Part shown: one piece after another, positions 18,595-28,376 of the stretch | Layout: the number at the start of each line of letters is the position of its first letter | How positions within the stretch are numbered: the first letter of the stretch is position 1 | Origin: an uncultured virus (IMG/VR IMGVR_UViG_3300035680_001736) | Taxonomy: Duplodnaviria > Heunggongvirae > Uroviricota > Caudoviricetes | IMG/VR virus record: IMGVR_UViG_3300035680_001736 | Strand: one strand, 5' to 3' | DNA: 64,000 nt | Program-made: the position numbers and the translations under genes | Notes under the pieces: model-generated | The model's input: only the letters and a program-made list of their open reading frames with translations | Database searches by the model: none | What the model was told of the DNA's origin: nothing

Positions 18595-20436
18595 TCAATC
18601 TCTCAGAAGTTTTTCTAGTTGAGACTCCATTTGACCTAATGAATTTTTAGCTTTAGATAAATCGATATAAGAATCCTCTTCAAATAATGAGTCCGATTCT
18701 AATAAAATATTTAAATTATCTCTATTAAACGATTCAGGAGTTATTCCACCCTCTTCACCACCTGGTGGAGGTGGTGGAGGAGGTAATTCAGCTCCTCCAG
18801 GTTCAGGACCCAAACCTCCCATTTCACCTCCCATATCACCTCCTGGAGGTGGTGGAGGAGTTGCAGCGGATGAAGCGGTTGCTCCTGAACCAGGTCCTCC
18901 ATATAATTTATCCACATTATCAAATATACCTGTGTGAGCAATAATTGTGGCGGTGTTTGTTAACTCAGCTCCAACGGCCTTTTCAATACGTTGTTGTTGT
19001 AAATCAAGTTTAATTTCTTCATCACTGAATCCAAGAATATGTTTTTTAGCCCAAGACACAGACACTGGAGCAATACCTTCAATAGCCCCAACCGCATCTT
19101 TGTATAATAACATCTTTTCTTTCCAAACATCGATTTTAAGTAAGTCAGCTTGGGTCGATGGGTTAGTTAATCCTAAAGTAAAATTAGTTAACTCATCCTC
19201 AAAACCTAATAAGAAAAGGTGAATAATAGCAATTTTGTTCAATTCGGCAATCATACACTTTTGGATTCTGTTTATTGTACGAGCAAAACGAATATCTTGT
19301 AAAGATAAATTTTTACCTTCCCCTACAACTTCCTCAAAGCCTAAAAACGCTTTTGGAACACGAAGTGCAGTTAAAAGTTTCTTTTGGATATATTCAATGT
19401 CAGCTATTTCCGATAAGTTTTTAGCCCCGTCTAATGTTTCAATTGGTGACGCTTGAGCCGGGTCACGAACAGGAATAAAGTAATCTTGGTCAACCGCCAT
19501 TTGATTGAATCTCAAATCGACATTACCTGTTTGGCTGTCAACAACCTGACTACGTTTAAATTTATTTGCAACACGTTGTACATACGCCTCAACATCTTTA
19601 TCGTCCATATTACCAACAAACACTTTAAACACACGTCTTTCAGGTGCTCTTGATGTTCTATATATCAACATCGCATCCTCTGATAACAATAATTGTTTCC
19701 AAATACGACGAGCTTTTTCCAACATAGAAGTACCGTAAGGAAGTTTTCTATCATCACCCATTAATCTAAAGTGAGCAATCTCCCATGAATTGAATTCCAT
19801 GTCTTTTGCCTTCCACTTAAATCTTAAACCTCTATTTTCTTTTGGTTCCTCTACGTTTTGAGATTTTGCCGGCATACCTCGTTCCAAACGTTCAATCTCA
19901 ATGTTTGGGAGTTGCATACAACCGACAACACCCTTGTCCGAATCCAATTTTAAATAAACAAAATTATCACCATACTTACAAGTGTTTCTTGTCCACATTG
20001 GTAAGTTAGTATTTACGTCTAATGCGTTATTGAACAAATCCGCAAGTATTCCTTTTATTCTTTTTGACTCAGAATAAATCTGTAACATATAACCATATTG
20101 GTCAACAGTAGTTGATTCTTCCCCATAAATGTCCAAAGCTGCCGATATCTCAGGAGTATATTCCATAGATTCGTAATCGTAAAATGAAGCCAATCTTGTT
20201 GGTTCATAATATACCGCTTGAGTATAAAGATTACTTTCAATTTTTGTCCATTGGTTGGCAAGGTAGTATGTTTGTTGAGCTTGTAATAACTCTTTTTCAT
20301 ATTCCTGCTTGGACGTAGTTTTTAATAATTCTTCTTTATCAAACTTATAGGTTGGATAGTCTTGGTTTAATAGTGCGTTTGGTCCAAACGCTCTTGTGAG
20401 TCTTTGCCAAACCGTAAATTGTTTATTATTTTCCAT
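18595..20436 (-). CDS. Portal protein (T4 gp20-like)
   Basis: EDAMLIYRTSRAPERRVFKVFVGN, DYFIPVR, DIEYIQKKLLTALRVPK motifs. Confidence 0.96.
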   Translation of the reverse strand: MENNKQFTVWQRLTRAFGPNALLNQDYPTYKFDKEELLKTTSKQEYEKELLQAQQTYYLANQWTKIESNLYTQAVYYEPTRLASFYDYESMEYTPEISAALDIYGEESTTVDQYGYMLQIYSESKRIKGILADLFNNALDVNTNLPMWTRNTCKYGDNFVYLKLDSDKGVVGCMQLPNIEIERLERGMPAKSQNVEEPKENRGLRFKWKAKDMEFNSWEIAHFRLMGDDRKLPYGTSMLEKARRIWKQLLLSEDAMLIYRTSRAPERRVFKVFVGNMDDKDVEAYVQRVANKFKRSQVVDSQTGNVDLRFNQMAVDQDYFIPVRDPAQASPIETLDGAKNLSEIADIEYIQKKLLTALRVPKAFLGFEEVVGEGKNLSLQDIRFARTINRIQKCMIAELNKIAIIHLFLLGFEDELTNFTLGLTNPSTQADLLKIDVWKEKMLLYKDAVGAIEGIAPVSVSWAKKHILGFSDEEIKLDLQQQRIEKAVGAELTNTATIIAHTGIFDNVDKLYGGPGSGATASSAATPPPPPGGDMGGEMGGLGPEPGGAELPPPPPPPGGEEGGITPESFNRDNLNILLESDSLFEEDSYIDLSKAKNSLGQMESQLEKLLRD

Positions 20437-20472
20437 TAAGATAATTTAATCACTTTATCAATAATATAAATA

Positions 20473-22233
20473 TTACCTACCTCCGAATAACCAATTATAT
20501 TTCATATAATCGTCTCTGGTGACATTCTGTTGACCATATTGATTGATTTTTTCATTGATATTTGGTAATACCGGATTAAACGCAAGTTGGTTAGTTACAT
20601 TATCATTATTACTTACAGACCACGAATCAATCATGGCCTTTGTTTGTTCTGTAACTTTGGTTAATTGACTGAAAGATGACTCAGCAACATATGTTGCCAT
20701 GGCGATTGACATAATTAAGTCATCGTGATGACCCTTTTGGTGGTCAGGTCTTCCGTTAATGTAAACAAATGTATTCATCTCATTAAACAAACGACTACTA
20801 TAAATTTTAAAATCATGTCTCATGACTTCCTCAAACGAGGCTATGATTTGAACTCTTTTGTTATTAAAATTAATACCCGGTATTTTTTCAGCGGCCTTTG
20901 GGTCCCACTTCCATTTGTTTGCAACATCAACACCATCAACATATAGATTTTTAAATCCAATCTCTTGCATTTTTCTTGCTGTTGATACCCCCATTCCTCC
21001 GGTTATATCTATTACGACAAAACAAGAATACATATTGGCCCATTTATAACAAATCTCAGCCATTGTATCAGGAGGTAACTTACCAACGTACTCGGCAACT
21101 TGTTCTCTCTCATCAAAATCTATAATTTGAAATGAACTAAAGTCTTCACTATCTCCTCTACTAACGTCAACCCCCATAACATATTTGTGACCAACAACTG
21201 GTTCTTTCCAAATCCAAAGAGCGTTACCCATCATCTTATTTTGAGGTTCTCTTATATAATTTTCTCTAACTCTTTGTAACAAATTAGAATCAAATACGTT
21301 ATCACCCGAACCCAAAAAGTTACATTCTAACTCTTGAGATACTTTACGTTTATCGTATTTAAGTTTCTTAACCATACCCTCAAACCAAGCCGAACAAGGT
21401 TTATAACCTGTATCCATAATAAGTTTAAGTTCTTCGTAGTTTCTATCGTCAAAGGGTATACTCTCCCAACTTATAACATCGTCCTTACTATACTCTTCTT
21501 TGTTTAGTAAGTAATGAATAATATCTTTAGTTTTAACCAAATATAAATCTCTGGTATATCTTGGGTCTCTAAACCAATACATCTCAGAAATTTTGAAATC
21601 ATTCATATTTCTTAATGCTTGGTCATAAATCTCATAATAGATTGGGTCATATCCATTAGGTGTTGAAACTACAATTACTTTACCACCCGTAGATAGGGAC
21701 GCCATACAAGCCGCCCAAAAATCAGAATCTGCGTCGATAAACGCGGCCTCGTCAAATATAAGTATCGTTGGGGTGAATCCACGAAGTGCATCCTTTGATG
21801 TCGCAACCGCCTTTACTTCACATCCATTATTTAATTTATAGTGTTTTTGAGAGTCTTTCTCGACGGAAAATCCAACACCAACCCACTCAGGCCATTGTGT
21901 TATAAACGCTCTTATTTTATTTGCCATTTCTTGAGATGTGTCAAGTTTGTTGGCGATAATTAGAATTTTTTCAGGTTTGTTTTTCTTTGCGAAGGCTAAC
22001 TTTTTTGATACCCAAGCAGCGGTAACCGTAGAAACTCCTGCCTGTCTATATTTTAATGCAATATTTTCGTTAAAGTTTTCATAGTCATCAAGTAACGAAA
22101 TTTGGTCAGGAAATAGTTCTAATGGAACATACTTCGAAACGGTATTGTCATAAGTTTGTAAATAGGTACGTAGTGCGTATGGAGTATCCTTCATGCACTT
22201 TACGTACTCAAGCATTAATTGTTCTTTTGTCAT
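20473..22233 (-). CDS. Terminase large subunit (T4 gp17-like)
   Basis: KYRQAGVST, LIFDEAAF, STPNG; nuclease GVDVSRG...HHDDLIMS. Confidence 0.96.
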   Translation of the reverse strand: MTKEQLMLEYVKCMKDTPYALRTYLQTYDNTVSKYVPLELFPDQISLLDDYENFNENIALKYRQAGVSTVTAAWVSKKLAFAKKNKPEKILIIANKLDTSQEMANKIRAFITQWPEWVGVGFSVEKDSQKHYKLNNGCEVKAVATSKDALRGFTPTILIFDEAAFIDADSDFWAACMASLSTGGKVIVVSTPNGYDPIYYEIYDQALRNMNDFKISEMYWFRDPRYTRDLYLVKTKDIIHYLLNKEEYSKDDVISWESIPFDDRNYEELKLIMDTGYKPCSAWFEGMVKKLKYDKRKVSQELECNFLGSGDNVFDSNLLQRVRENYIREPQNKMMGNALWIWKEPVVGHKYVMGVDVSRGDSEDFSSFQIIDFDEREQVAEYVGKLPPDTMAEICYKWANMYSCFVVIDITGGMGVSTARKMQEIGFKNLYVDGVDVANKWKWDPKAAEKIPGINFNNKRVQIIASFEEVMRHDFKIYSSRLFNEMNTFVYINGRPDHQKGHHDDLIMSIAMATYVAESSFSQLTKVTEQTKAMIDSWSVSNNDNVTNQLAFNPVLPNINEKINQYGQQNVTRDDYMKYNWLFGGR

Positions 22234-22285
22234 AAGACTATATTTGTATATAAATATTAAACCCCCAACTAAGTGGGGGTTTTTA

Positions 22286-23611
22286 TTATAGACCTAAACT
22301 TGAAAGGTCAACATCGTCGATATCATCGTCTTCCCATTTGGAAGACTCTTGTTCATATTCTTGTTTCTTTAAATCTGAAACAATCTCATCAACCATTCTT
22401 TGCATGGCCTTTGCTCCTGATGGGTCTCCGTTTAACACCGCTTTAGCGAATTTGAAGAAATCCTCGGCCGGTAATTTAGAAAATCTCATGAACAAATAAT
22501 GTTGAATATGTTTCTTATCTTCATCAAATAACTCAATTGGGTATGCTTCAGTGAATTTTTCCCAAAATATTGGACCTAATCTCATGTCCCATATTTCTGC
22601 GGGTAGAGTATCCTCAGACCCCATAACCATTTCGGCCTGACGTGGGTCATCTGGAAGTCCGTGAGTACCAAATATTTCATAAATACCCTTAATCAATTCG
22701 TGGATAAGAAGTGGGAATGTTGCGGCTCTTGCTTTTACAGTTGGTGGGTCGGTTTCAGGGTCAACACTTGTTTGTCCCATTTGACCTCCGCCACTTGCTG
22801 CCATACCTTCCATATCAGGCATTACCCAATAAAGGTGGTCCATAAGTGATTGGTTAACACCGTATAGATTTACCAAATTAGGGTCAAGACGGTTTAGTTC
22901 ATCTCTAACTAACTCAAACATATAGTGTCCTTTTTTAGACGCCCCTTGTATGAGTGAATTAATAAATCTTCTTTTTGATTTTTCTAAATTGAATTTCTCA
23001 AACTCATCAGCAAAATCCTCAAGTTCTTCTTTATGTTTAAAGGCCTGTTTAACTTCCTCTTTACTTGGTTTCTGAGGCGTGGACCTCATTCCTTCTGCAG
23101 ATGACATCGGTCCTTGGACCAATTTTGCATCAAACTGCATTGCCCCGTCAGGAATTCCCATTTCTTTTTTAACCAAATCAACCGCCAATCTTTCGAGGTA
23201 TTCTTTATTTTGAAATTCAATTCTCATTACTTGTTGTAACGACTGCATTGCCATTCCCATAAGTTGCATGAGGGGATTACCTCCCTGTAAAGGTGCGGTA
23301 GTACCCAAATATCGTCTTACAGTGTCAACAGAATCTTTGAATCTTTTTGACGAAACTAACTCAACAAAGTCTCGGTCACCCTTTGGTAATGCCGGATTTT
23401 CAGAATATGGAGTTTCTTTACTAGTTATTTTTCTCTCGATGTCACGACCCATCCTTTCAGGACCTTCGTAATCAATCGGAGCCTCGTTCAATTTTGATTT
23501 AAGGTTTTTCAATGTTTGTTTTTCTTTTGTCGTTAGACCCTCAGAAACCAATTTTTTTTCTAAATTGTTCCTTTCTGTAATAACTTTTTTCATATTAGGA
23601 TTGAAACTCAT
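22286..23611 (-). CDS. Hypothetical protein
   Basis: 441-aa ORF followed by a terminator at 22259-22284. Confidence 0.85.
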   Translation of the reverse strand: MSFNPNMKKVITERNNLEKKLVSEGLTTKEKQTLKNLKSKLNEAPIDYEGPERMGRDIERKITSKETPYSENPALPKGDRDFVELVSSKRFKDSVDTVRRYLGTTAPLQGGNPLMQLMGMAMQSLQQVMRIEFQNKEYLERLAVDLVKKEMGIPDGAMQFDAKLVQGPMSSAEGMRSTPQKPSKEEVKQAFKHKEELEDFADEFEKFNLEKSKRRFINSLIQGASKKGHYMFELVRDELNRLDPNLVNLYGVNQSLMDHLYWVMPDMEGMAASGGGQMGQTSVDPETDPPTVKARAATFPLLIHELIKGIYEIFGTHGLPDDPRQAEMVMGSEDTLPAEIWDMRLGPIFWEKFTEAYPIELFDEDKKHIQHYLFMRFSKLPAEDFFKFAKAVLNGDPSGAKAMQRMVDEIVSDLKKQEYEQESSKWEDDDIDDVDLSSLGL

Positions 23612-23612
23612 T

Positions 23613-24623
23613 TTATTTCAAATTAATACCAATGGACCCAAATGTTAACCATTGTGGAACATCCTCGGCCTTTGGAGCTGGTTTATGTTTTGGTTGATAT
23701 GGAGTTTGTGGTTTTGGTCTTTCAGGTTTAACGTCAGGTTTGACAGGGGTTTCTACTTCTCTCTCACCGGCCTTTGGAGCTGGTTTATGTTTTGGTTGAT
23801 ATGGGGTTTGAGGCTTTGGTCTTTCAGGTTTAACATCCGGTTTAACAGGGGTCTCAACTTCTTTTCCGGCCTCATTAATCATATTTACTAAATCTTTTTT
23901 GCTCATCTTAGGTGGTAAATGTTTTTCTACTAAATTACTAATTTTCTTTTCTAAAACACTTTCGCCAAATTTAACATCAGGTTTCATATTATACGCAGCT
24001 TTTTCTAAATTATTTGCTAACACTGATGATAATTTTTTTGTGTAATCACCCATTCCAAATTCTTCTTTTGTTTCTTTTTTCTTTTTTTCAGGTAATTTAC
24101 TAAAATTTTTAGTAGAATCAGAAAATTCTTTTGCCATCTTACACCACTTTTTCTGTTCTTTTGTTTTACCATCACCACACTTGTACCAAAAATATTTTTG
24201 TTGTTTTTTTGATTCAAATTTTTCTCCTAAATCTTGAGCACCAAATGTAACCGCAATTTCAGGGTCATTCATTGCTAATAAAATATCACCATCATTAGAT
24301 TCTTGTTCATTGGTTTCTTTAGATTGTAAAGCCAATGCAATGTCAGTATCATCATCCTCATTCATTTCGCTCTCAGCTTTAATTGCCATACCTGCGGAAG
24401 TTGGAGTCATAGTGACAGGTTTTCCCCCGATTGTAGTTGTTCCTCCTTTGGGTCCAACAATTTGAACCGTGGTTGCACTTGTTGTTATTTGTTCCTTATT
24501 TTCTTTTTTTGACTCTTCAAGTCTCTGATGTAAAGAATCAATTTGTCTCTCATTAAGATTAGAAAGCAAAGAATTACTAAACCCGTGATTTAATAACTCC
24601 ATTATTTTTTTATTGGCTTTCAT
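23613..24623 (-). CDS. Hypothetical protein with duplicated Pro/Lys-rich C-terminal unit
   Basis: ORF; start probably MKANKKI at 24623. Confidence 0.8.
   Translation of the reverse strand: MKANKKIMELLNHGFSNSLLSNLNERQIDSLHQRLEESKKENKEQITTSATTVQIVGPKGGTTTIGGKPVTMTPTSAGMAIKAESEMNEDDDTDIALALQSKETNEQESNDGDILLAMNDPEIAVTFGAQDLGEKFESKKQQKYFWYKCGDGKTKEQKKWCKMAKEFSDSTKNFSKLPEKKKKETKEEFGMGDYTKKLSSVLANNLEKAAYNMKPDVKFGESVLEKKISNLVEKHLPPKMSKKDLVNMINEAGKEVETPVKPDVKPERPKPQTPYQPKHKPAPKAGEREVETPVKPDVKPERPKPQTPYQPKHKPAPKAEDVPQWLTFGSIGINLK
23666..23871 (-). repeat. Tandem ~100-nt in-frame duplication (EVETPVKPDVKPERPKPQTPYQPKHKPAPKA x2)
   Basis: Two copies with the same peptide and synonymous differences. Confidence 0.9.
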
Positions 24624-25023
24624 AGAATATTTTTTTTTCAAATTCTAATACGATGTCTCTTTCGTATAGTTTATTTTTTACAGTTTCTTCAGGTTCACCG
24701 AATCTAAAAACCAAACGCTTGTTTCTGTCAAAATCAATCGTTTCACTTTCATTTTCCCAACACAAAGCTATCACACCATCAACCGCATCAACCATTGAAA
24801 AATAATCAGAGTTTTGAATCACAGACATTGTTATTATGTCGTTTTTCAAAACTCCAACCTTTTTTATATGTTCTAAGTCAGGTGGGAGGGGGTATCCGTT
24901 TGATGGTTTTGATTCCCATGAATCCCCCCACACACCTTCCAAATCGTCAGAAAAAATAAACTCGTATATGTTATCTCCCTTATAATTTGGTCCTAATTCA
25001 TTTACAAATATCAAATAGCTCAT
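24610..25023 (-). CDS. Hypothetical protein
   Basis: 137-aa ORF overlapping both neighbours. Confidence 0.85.
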   Translation of the reverse strand: MSYLIFVNELGPNYKGDNIYEFIFSDDLEGVWGDSWESKPSNGYPLPPDLEHIKKVGVLKNDIITMSVIQNSDYFSMVDAVDGVIALCWENESETIDFDRNKRLVFRFGEPEETVKNKLYERDIVLEFEKKIFYESQ

Positions 25024-26309
25024 ATAACATCACCCTTTGGAGTAATCTTAATTTTAGACTCATTTACTTGGAAAACCAAATTTTTGTTCTTTGTTTTTCC
25101 TAACAATTTAGCATCAGGGTATTGGCTAATAAGTTTCTTTGATTTCAAATACTGAGTTTCACTTTCAGAAACATATTGAACTCTCTTAACTAATTTTTTA
25201 CGTTCAACTTCTTCTGAAACCACTTTTGGTTTTTTATTTTGTATTTCTCTTTTTTCCGCTTCATCAATTTGGAAGTATTTGGTTAAAATTTTGTCAATTT
25301 TAGATTCAGAGAAAATACCCTCAATCATTTCTTCCATTTTGTATGCACGGTCATCACTGATTCTTCTATCTTTAATTTTCCTATGTCTTGGTTCAGAAGG
25401 ATAATCAAAATCATCAGACTCTTCATCATCAAACATTGAACTAATATCATCCATTGACATTCCCATATCTCCCTCAGCCATTTCACCTTCAGGTGCTGGT
25501 GGCATAGGTTCTTCCGAAGTGTCAGGTTCCATACCCATGTCTTCACCACCCATATCAGGTTCCATACCCATATCTTCACCACCTTCAAACTTGGACATAA
25601 TTTCTTCCTTGTCTTCGGGAGCTAAACCGTTTAAATCTAAAGCCGAAAGAATCGAATTTATAACATATTTTGTGTCATCAGATGTCATTTTTGTTTCTTC
25701 ATCAGCATTCAGTGTTCTTAATTTTTGACCTAATTTTCCTGTCAATTTTTGAATTACTTTAAAAGTAACAACTTCATCATCAGGAGCCTCATCCGCCATG
25801 TCATCCATAGGGGGCATTTCCGCTTCAGGCTCAGCTGATGGTACAGGAATGTCCGCCTCGGGTGCGGGTGCAGGTGCCGGAGCAGGTGCGGGAGCTGGTG
25901 CTGGTGCGGCCTGTTCGTTGGTATTCAATTTCAAATAATATTTCTTTTCAGATTCTTCACTCTCAGTAAACAAAGAAATATTTTTGTCTTGACCTTCATT
26001 GATATTAACTTCTTTAGCAATTAAATTAAGTCTTTTAAAGGCCGCAGAATATGAAGAATAATATTTTCTATTTTTCATTGGTTCAAGATAATCAATTGAC
26101 TCATTAAGTCCTTTTTTAATTACATAACCATTCTTTTCTTTAACTATTTGGTAATTAATACCATCAGCTAAAGTGATTTTATATTCATTTGATGAATCTT
26201 CATTTATTGGTTGTGGGATATGTTCGTTATAACGAGCAATCTCCATAATACGGTTAATTTTATCCATACCATCTAATTTTTCACTACCAATTGGTCTTAA
26301 GTTTCCCAT
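25020..26309 (-). CDS. Hypothetical acidic protein with (PA)n linker, probable head/internal protein
   Basis: TATTTATA upstream; APAPAP tract; INE/LNE sites. Confidence 0.8.
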   Translation of the reverse strand: MGNLRPIGSEKLDGMDKINRIMEIARYNEHIPQPINEDSSNEYKITLADGINYQIVKEKNGYVIKKGLNESIDYLEPMKNRKYYSSYSAAFKRLNLIAKEVNINEGQDKNISLFTESEESEKKYYLKLNTNEQAAPAPAPAPAPAPAPAPEADIPVPSAEPEAEMPPMDDMADEAPDDEVVTFKVIQKLTGKLGQKLRTLNADEETKMTSDDTKYVINSILSALDLNGLAPEDKEEIMSKFEGGEDMGMEPDMGGEDMGMEPDTSEEPMPPAPEGEMAEGDMGMSMDDISSMFDDEESDDFDYPSEPRHRKIKDRRISDDRAYKMEEMIEGIFSESKIDKILTKYFQIDEAEKREIQNKKPKVVSEEVERKKLVKRVQYVSESETQYLKSKKLISQYPDAKLLGKTKNKNLVFQVNESKIKITPKGDVI

Positions 26310-26379
26310 TTTTTTTTCTTTTTAAAAAATTAATTTTTTTATATAAATATACGGCGAAATATAAATATTTCATTTTAAA

Positions 26380-28056
26380 TTACGCAGCATTAATTCCAAG
26401 AACGTCATCTATCTTTCTTCCGCTCTTAGCAATCAAACTATTACCACTATCAACTCTACTTCTTATTGCCTTTTTGGACAATACATCAGTATTAAGTTCC
26501 CCATTTTCAACCGCTTTATTAATAACTTTAGCAAATTTTCTAAACCATCCTGGTCCGTTCCAAACCGCATAAGCAAAATGGAAGGTCAATCTTGAATCAC
26601 TATCAACTAATTTCTTTGCCGTTGGAGACAAGTATCTATTTTTAAATTCGTTATAAAAAGGTTGAATAATATCAACAACTAAATCTGTGAGTTCTCCTTC
26701 AAGTTGTCCTCCTCTGTAGTTATATTTCCAAACCTGTTGACTTTTATTTTTGTCTATAATACCCCAAAACTTAATACCTGCAGGACTTGTATTATAGTTA
26801 CCTCCATGTCTTCTATCAATTCCAAACATAGTCTCACCTGACCTACCCATTCCTTTTGTATTGTGCCATTTTGGATTGTAATAACCTCCTTCCAAATTAT
26901 TAATGACACTTCTTGTGATTTGTCTAAAATCAACTGAACCTGATGGTGATATAATTTTCGGTTCTTTTTTAACGATTAATTCAGTTTCTTTTGATTTTAT
27001 TGGTTCTAAAGTTTTAACAGGTCTTCTTTTAAAAATAACTTCTGACATTTTTTTGAAGTCTTTAGAATCAACTTTACCATCGACAGTTAACCCATTTTCA
27101 GATTCGAAGGACTCAACTGCGGTTTGTGTTTCTTTTCCAAATTTACCATCAACACCAAATTTAGGTAAAGGATAACCCATAAGTGTCAAAGCTGTTTGTA
27201 AAATTTCAGTATTTGGATTAAAGATTTTTTGACCTTTAGGTTTTGGTTCATTGATTAATGTCAGATTTTTATTTGATAATTCGGTTAAACTATCGACAAT
27301 ATTTGAGTATTCATCACTTTCAGCCTGCTCCTTGAGTGATAATTGTTTATCAATGTGCTTGTCTTCAAAATTAAAAAGTTTTTCAATATACCCGTTTCTT
27401 CTAAGAACTTTAAATACCAAATTTTCATCTGAATATTCTCCATCTTTTTCAAGACCACAAGTACGATATTTTTTTAACTTATCTTTGTATTTTTTAATTA
27501 TTTTCTTAGCACTTTCAATTGGTTCATCTGAAGCATTTTCTATAACACTATCAATAATGTCCATCCATTGTTGAGACTTGGTTTTGATTAATTCCTTATC
27601 AATTTTGACAGTTTCTTTTTCAGGTTTGTTACTCCATTCATCAAATAACACAGAATAAACACCACTACTAAAATGAATTTCGGTTTCGTTTTGGACGTAT
27701 AATTCAACGTCATAACCAAAAATCTTTATATTGTGTTTGTCGTTATATAAAGTTTTTTTGAGTTTGAATAACTCTTCGTATAGTGGTAATTGTTCTTCTG
27801 AAAACTGAGAAAAATTCGCAACAATATGTAAATCAATGTCTGAAAATTTTGACCAATTGTAGTTGGCAAGTGAACCTGTCATTATTACATCAGTAACAAT
27901 AACGTCAACACCCAAAAATTCTATAAAATCATTGGTTATCTCCAATAGTCTCTCACGGACCTTTGGATTCATTTTTTGTCCGTCTTTGGACCAAATTTTT
28001 GGGTTCAGTTCATCTTGTAGATGAAAACTCGAAAGAATATCTTTTAAACTACTCAT
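26380..28056 (-). CDS. Pol-beta-type nucleotidyltransferase fused to a peptidoglycan-binding domain and a GH108-like lysozyme domain
   Basis: GSLANYNWSKFSDIDLH; LQTAL...GVDGKFGKETQTAV...GLTVDG; LEGGY...GETMFGID. Confidence 0.75.
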   Translation of the reverse strand: MSSLKDILSSFHLQDELNPKIWSKDGQKMNPKVRERLLEITNDFIEFLGVDVIVTDVIMTGSLANYNWSKFSDIDLHIVANFSQFSEEQLPLYEELFKLKKTLYNDKHNIKIFGYDVELYVQNETEIHFSSGVYSVLFDEWSNKPEKETVKIDKELIKTKSQQWMDIIDSVIENASDEPIESAKKIIKKYKDKLKKYRTCGLEKDGEYSDENLVFKVLRRNGYIEKLFNFEDKHIDKQLSLKEQAESDEYSNIVDSLTELSNKNLTLINEPKPKGQKIFNPNTEILQTALTLMGYPLPKFGVDGKFGKETQTAVESFESENGLTVDGKVDSKDFKKMSEVIFKRRPVKTLEPIKSKETELIVKKEPKIISPSGSVDFRQITRSVINNLEGGYYNPKWHNTKGMGRSGETMFGIDRRHGGNYNTSPAGIKFWGIIDKNKSQQVWKYNYRGGQLEGELTDLVVDIIQPFYNEFKNRYLSPTAKKLVDSDSRLTFHFAYAVWNGPGWFRKFAKVINKAVENGELNTDVLSKKAIRSRVDSGNSLIAKSGRKIDDVLGINAA

Positions 28057-28086
28057 CAGAGATAAATATTTGAGTAGTGTTAATTG

Positions 28087-28329
28087 TTAAACTTTTCTAT
28101 ATTTATAAGTCTTTGAAATTTTTGTATTGAAAAATTTACCTTGAGACTCTGACATTCTAAATTGAGTATATAGTTGGTGGGGGACCTCACTATACTCATA
28201 TTTTGCACCATTATTAAATTCAACCAACATTTTTTTGGTCTCAGTATCATATTCAGTTTTTTTCAAATTACTTGACTGAATTTCATTAATAATTTTTGTT
28301 CCAACAATTTCTTCTTTGATTATTCCCAT
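28087..28329 (-). CDS. KTSC domain protein
   Basis: SSNL...YD...VEFNNG..YEY..VP...SQGKFFN pattern. Confidence 0.88.
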   Translation of the reverse strand: MGIIKEEIVGTKIINEIQSSNLKKTEYDTETKKMLVEFNNGAKYEYSEVPHQLYTQFRMSESQGKFFNTKISKTYKYRKV

Positions 28330-28376
28330 AACTTTTTTTTTTAAAAATAATTGTTATTATTAAAAAAAAAACAGTT

